This document shows positions 62,018-64,000 of a stretch of 64,000 nucleotides of DNA, piece by piece. Within the stretch, counting starts at the first letter, position 1. The number at the start of each line of letters is the position of its first letter. Origin of the DNA: Raillietiella orientalis (Eukaryota); NCBI GenBank assembly GCA_036172245.1, contig JAYWIR010000010.1, positions 1,922,001-1,986,000 on the forward strand. Direction: 5' to 3'. Below the pieces are notes generated by a model that searched no databases, had not been told where the DNA came from, and worked only from the letters and a program-made list of their open reading frames with translations. The translations under genes and the position numbers were made by a program.

Positions 62018-63964
62018 TTAACCCTAGAGGGGTAACGTGACCACTTTGTGCATAAATGGTTACGTAATGCCATATAGGACACCGATTAAAATGCGAGAAT
62101 TTTTCATAAAAATTTCATTTTGTTGATGAATTACAATTATCTTTACAAATTATTTTGAAAGTTATTTGCACATTCACAACATAAAGCCCTTCGGTGTCGG
62201 GCACACGTGACTTTTTTTCAACAGGTACGCTTTTCCCTTCCTTTCCGGCTGGCGGAACGTGGAGGGACATTTCGCAGCGCTCATGGATCCCTAAAGGTTC
62301 TCTCGGCACCCCACTCGGATCTTTATTTTGTGCAGATGAAATCGAATTTCACAAAGAACGAGACGAACTTTTTCCCGGTAACCGGCGTTCCATGTGAGAA
62401 GCTGTTGGAAGCTGGTGTGGCTTTCTGCTTCCGTATTTCCGCCATCTAAATCTTGGTCTTCATCAGATGAGAACTCTTCCCAATCAGTTTCTCCTCTTTC
62501 ATAGCTTCCAATCAACCCTTCATTTTGCGTTGAGCATTCCATTATGGGAGGCCATGGGTGCACATTTTTTTCTATGTAAAAGGGAACGTGGTGTCTCATG
62601 CGAGGCAACCGGAAAGAAAGCCAGCCGAAGTGCACGCCGTTGCGACTACAAGAACACGGAATGCTTAGTAACAGGTCGTAGCTAGGGCGGCGTGCTCTCG
62701 ACACGGACTGACCACGGCAGAGAGCCTGCACATTTTGGTTCCTGTGTGCCGTACAGGGTTAAAACTTGAACTTGCTTTTTTTCCCGTCGTCCGCTCAACC
62801 CCTTTCGAGTCTGCTCAAACTCTTTTCGTTCCCTCGTTTCCACCTTACATGTCGCTTCTCCATATTTTGGGTTACTTCAATTGCTTCCTCCCTCAAGCAA
62901 GTGAATCCACAAAGTTGGCTCCTTACGCGTTCTTGTTTTTTTTCTGCGACTCGGCGTTGGTTCCCGACATTCGCGAAAGCATGCCTTGAGGAAGGATTGC
63001 GTGAAGAAACAAAAAAGCCTTGACCTTCACGATGTTTGGTAGAATGACAGGGTGGATCGTGGCTTCCCCGATCATGGCGTCAAATTTTACGTGATGAGGT
63101 TGAAACCTCGAGAACACAAGAGGTGGAAGGTAAGGGAAGAAATGAAATGAAATAAAAAAAAGTGAAATTTCTGCGCAGTGTCTGGAGAATTTTGCAGCTC
63201 AAGGCTTCAGTCATTGGCAAAACTTCACTCTGTTCTCAGTTATTGGATTCACATTCTTTCTTGTAGGTTTTCGATCTGTACTGAAAGCAAAAAAGAAGGT
63301 TCTGTAGTATTAGAAGACAAAAAAAAGAAAGAAAGTTGCCAAGGATTCTTTCCGTTTTCACAGCATGTTGCATTTTTTCCCGAAAAAACATCAGGATGCC
63401 TCTGAGTACCAGAGAAGGAATCAACAGAGTTACCTATCGAATTCTCAAGGGAATCGTAACTTTTAAGAAACTTGGCAGAATTGATGAAAGGATGCTGGAA
63501 AAGGGAATGGTTGACATTGCTGTAGAAAGTGCTCTCTTCGCTTCGAAACGTCGTCATTGGAGTGGAAGAGATTGTCAATGCATGATTAAGGAAAGAGAAC
63601 GAAGGGGAACTCTCTTTGTAGCTTTGCTGATCACGTCTCGTCTCAAGCTCCAGACCAACACGAAAGCTATTTTTTCAAGTTCTTTCAAGGACACACGTGT
63701 ATGGGGCACATTCCTGGACTTTGGGGATACGAGTTCGGACATAAGTTTTGACGTTCCGAGTTACAGAGCACCTTCTCTCGCTCCTACGACGCAACTAAAT
63801 CTGTTCCCTCTGTGTGGTCGCGCTATACCAACCTGAATGTGCTGTCTGCTGATGTATCGGAAGTTGAGGGACACACTTAGAGAAGCGTTCCCCAAACTTT
63901 CCCTGTGACGGAACACTTCACAAATCCTGAAATTTTAACGGAATACCTTGCGTATTTTATAGGG
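62018..63964 (-). mobile_element. Decayed piggyBac-like element
   Basis: TTAA-CCCTAGA terminus at 62018-62028 and a possible degenerate TAGGG end near 63964. Minus-strand fragments VKFDAMI, HPWPPIMECSTQNEGLI and ERCEMSLHV loosely follow the order of piggyBac transposase motifs. Confidence 0.5.
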
Positions 63965-64000
63965 TAGGTAGACATAATAAATAGATTAAGCGAGTGAATA

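Noticed and set aside
1..64000. CRISPR array, rRNA, snRNA or prokaryotic operon/defence system
   Set aside because: No regularly spaced repeats or conserved RNA motifs seen; all genes are intron-containing animal genes.

Overview
Eukaryotic (arthropod, probably pancrustacean/mandibulate; species not determinable from sequence) genomic window. It contains six intact spliced genes that I could reconstruct exon by exon: ULK3 (+, 8 exons, introns only 38-45 nt, two of them GC-AG), a complex tropomyosin Tm1 locus (-, three alternative first exons including an atypical Tm1-I/C-type exon, two mutually exclusive exon pairs, two terminal exons), cyclophilin B (+), PTCD2 (-, tail-to-tail with cyclophilin B), monofunctional PHM (+) and a secreted cystatin (+). 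A possible first exon of a further gene runs off the left edge. AT-rich, CpG-poor housekeeping-gene islands alternate sharply with GC-rich, CpG-rich tracts full of decayed transposons (L1/Tx1-type LINE copies, Ty3/gypsy, piggyBac, MULE, RTE, an AT-rich MITE-like family). Nearly all ORFs in the supplied track within the GC-rich tracts look spurious. The best leads are: (i) RNA-structure elements around the tropomyosin mutually exclusive exons, (ii) the atypical Tm1 exon and a highly divergent alternative exon 5, and (iii) a recurrent LINE-3'-end plus antisense tRNA-like head arrangement. All family assignments come from remembered motifs; no database search or folding computation was run.
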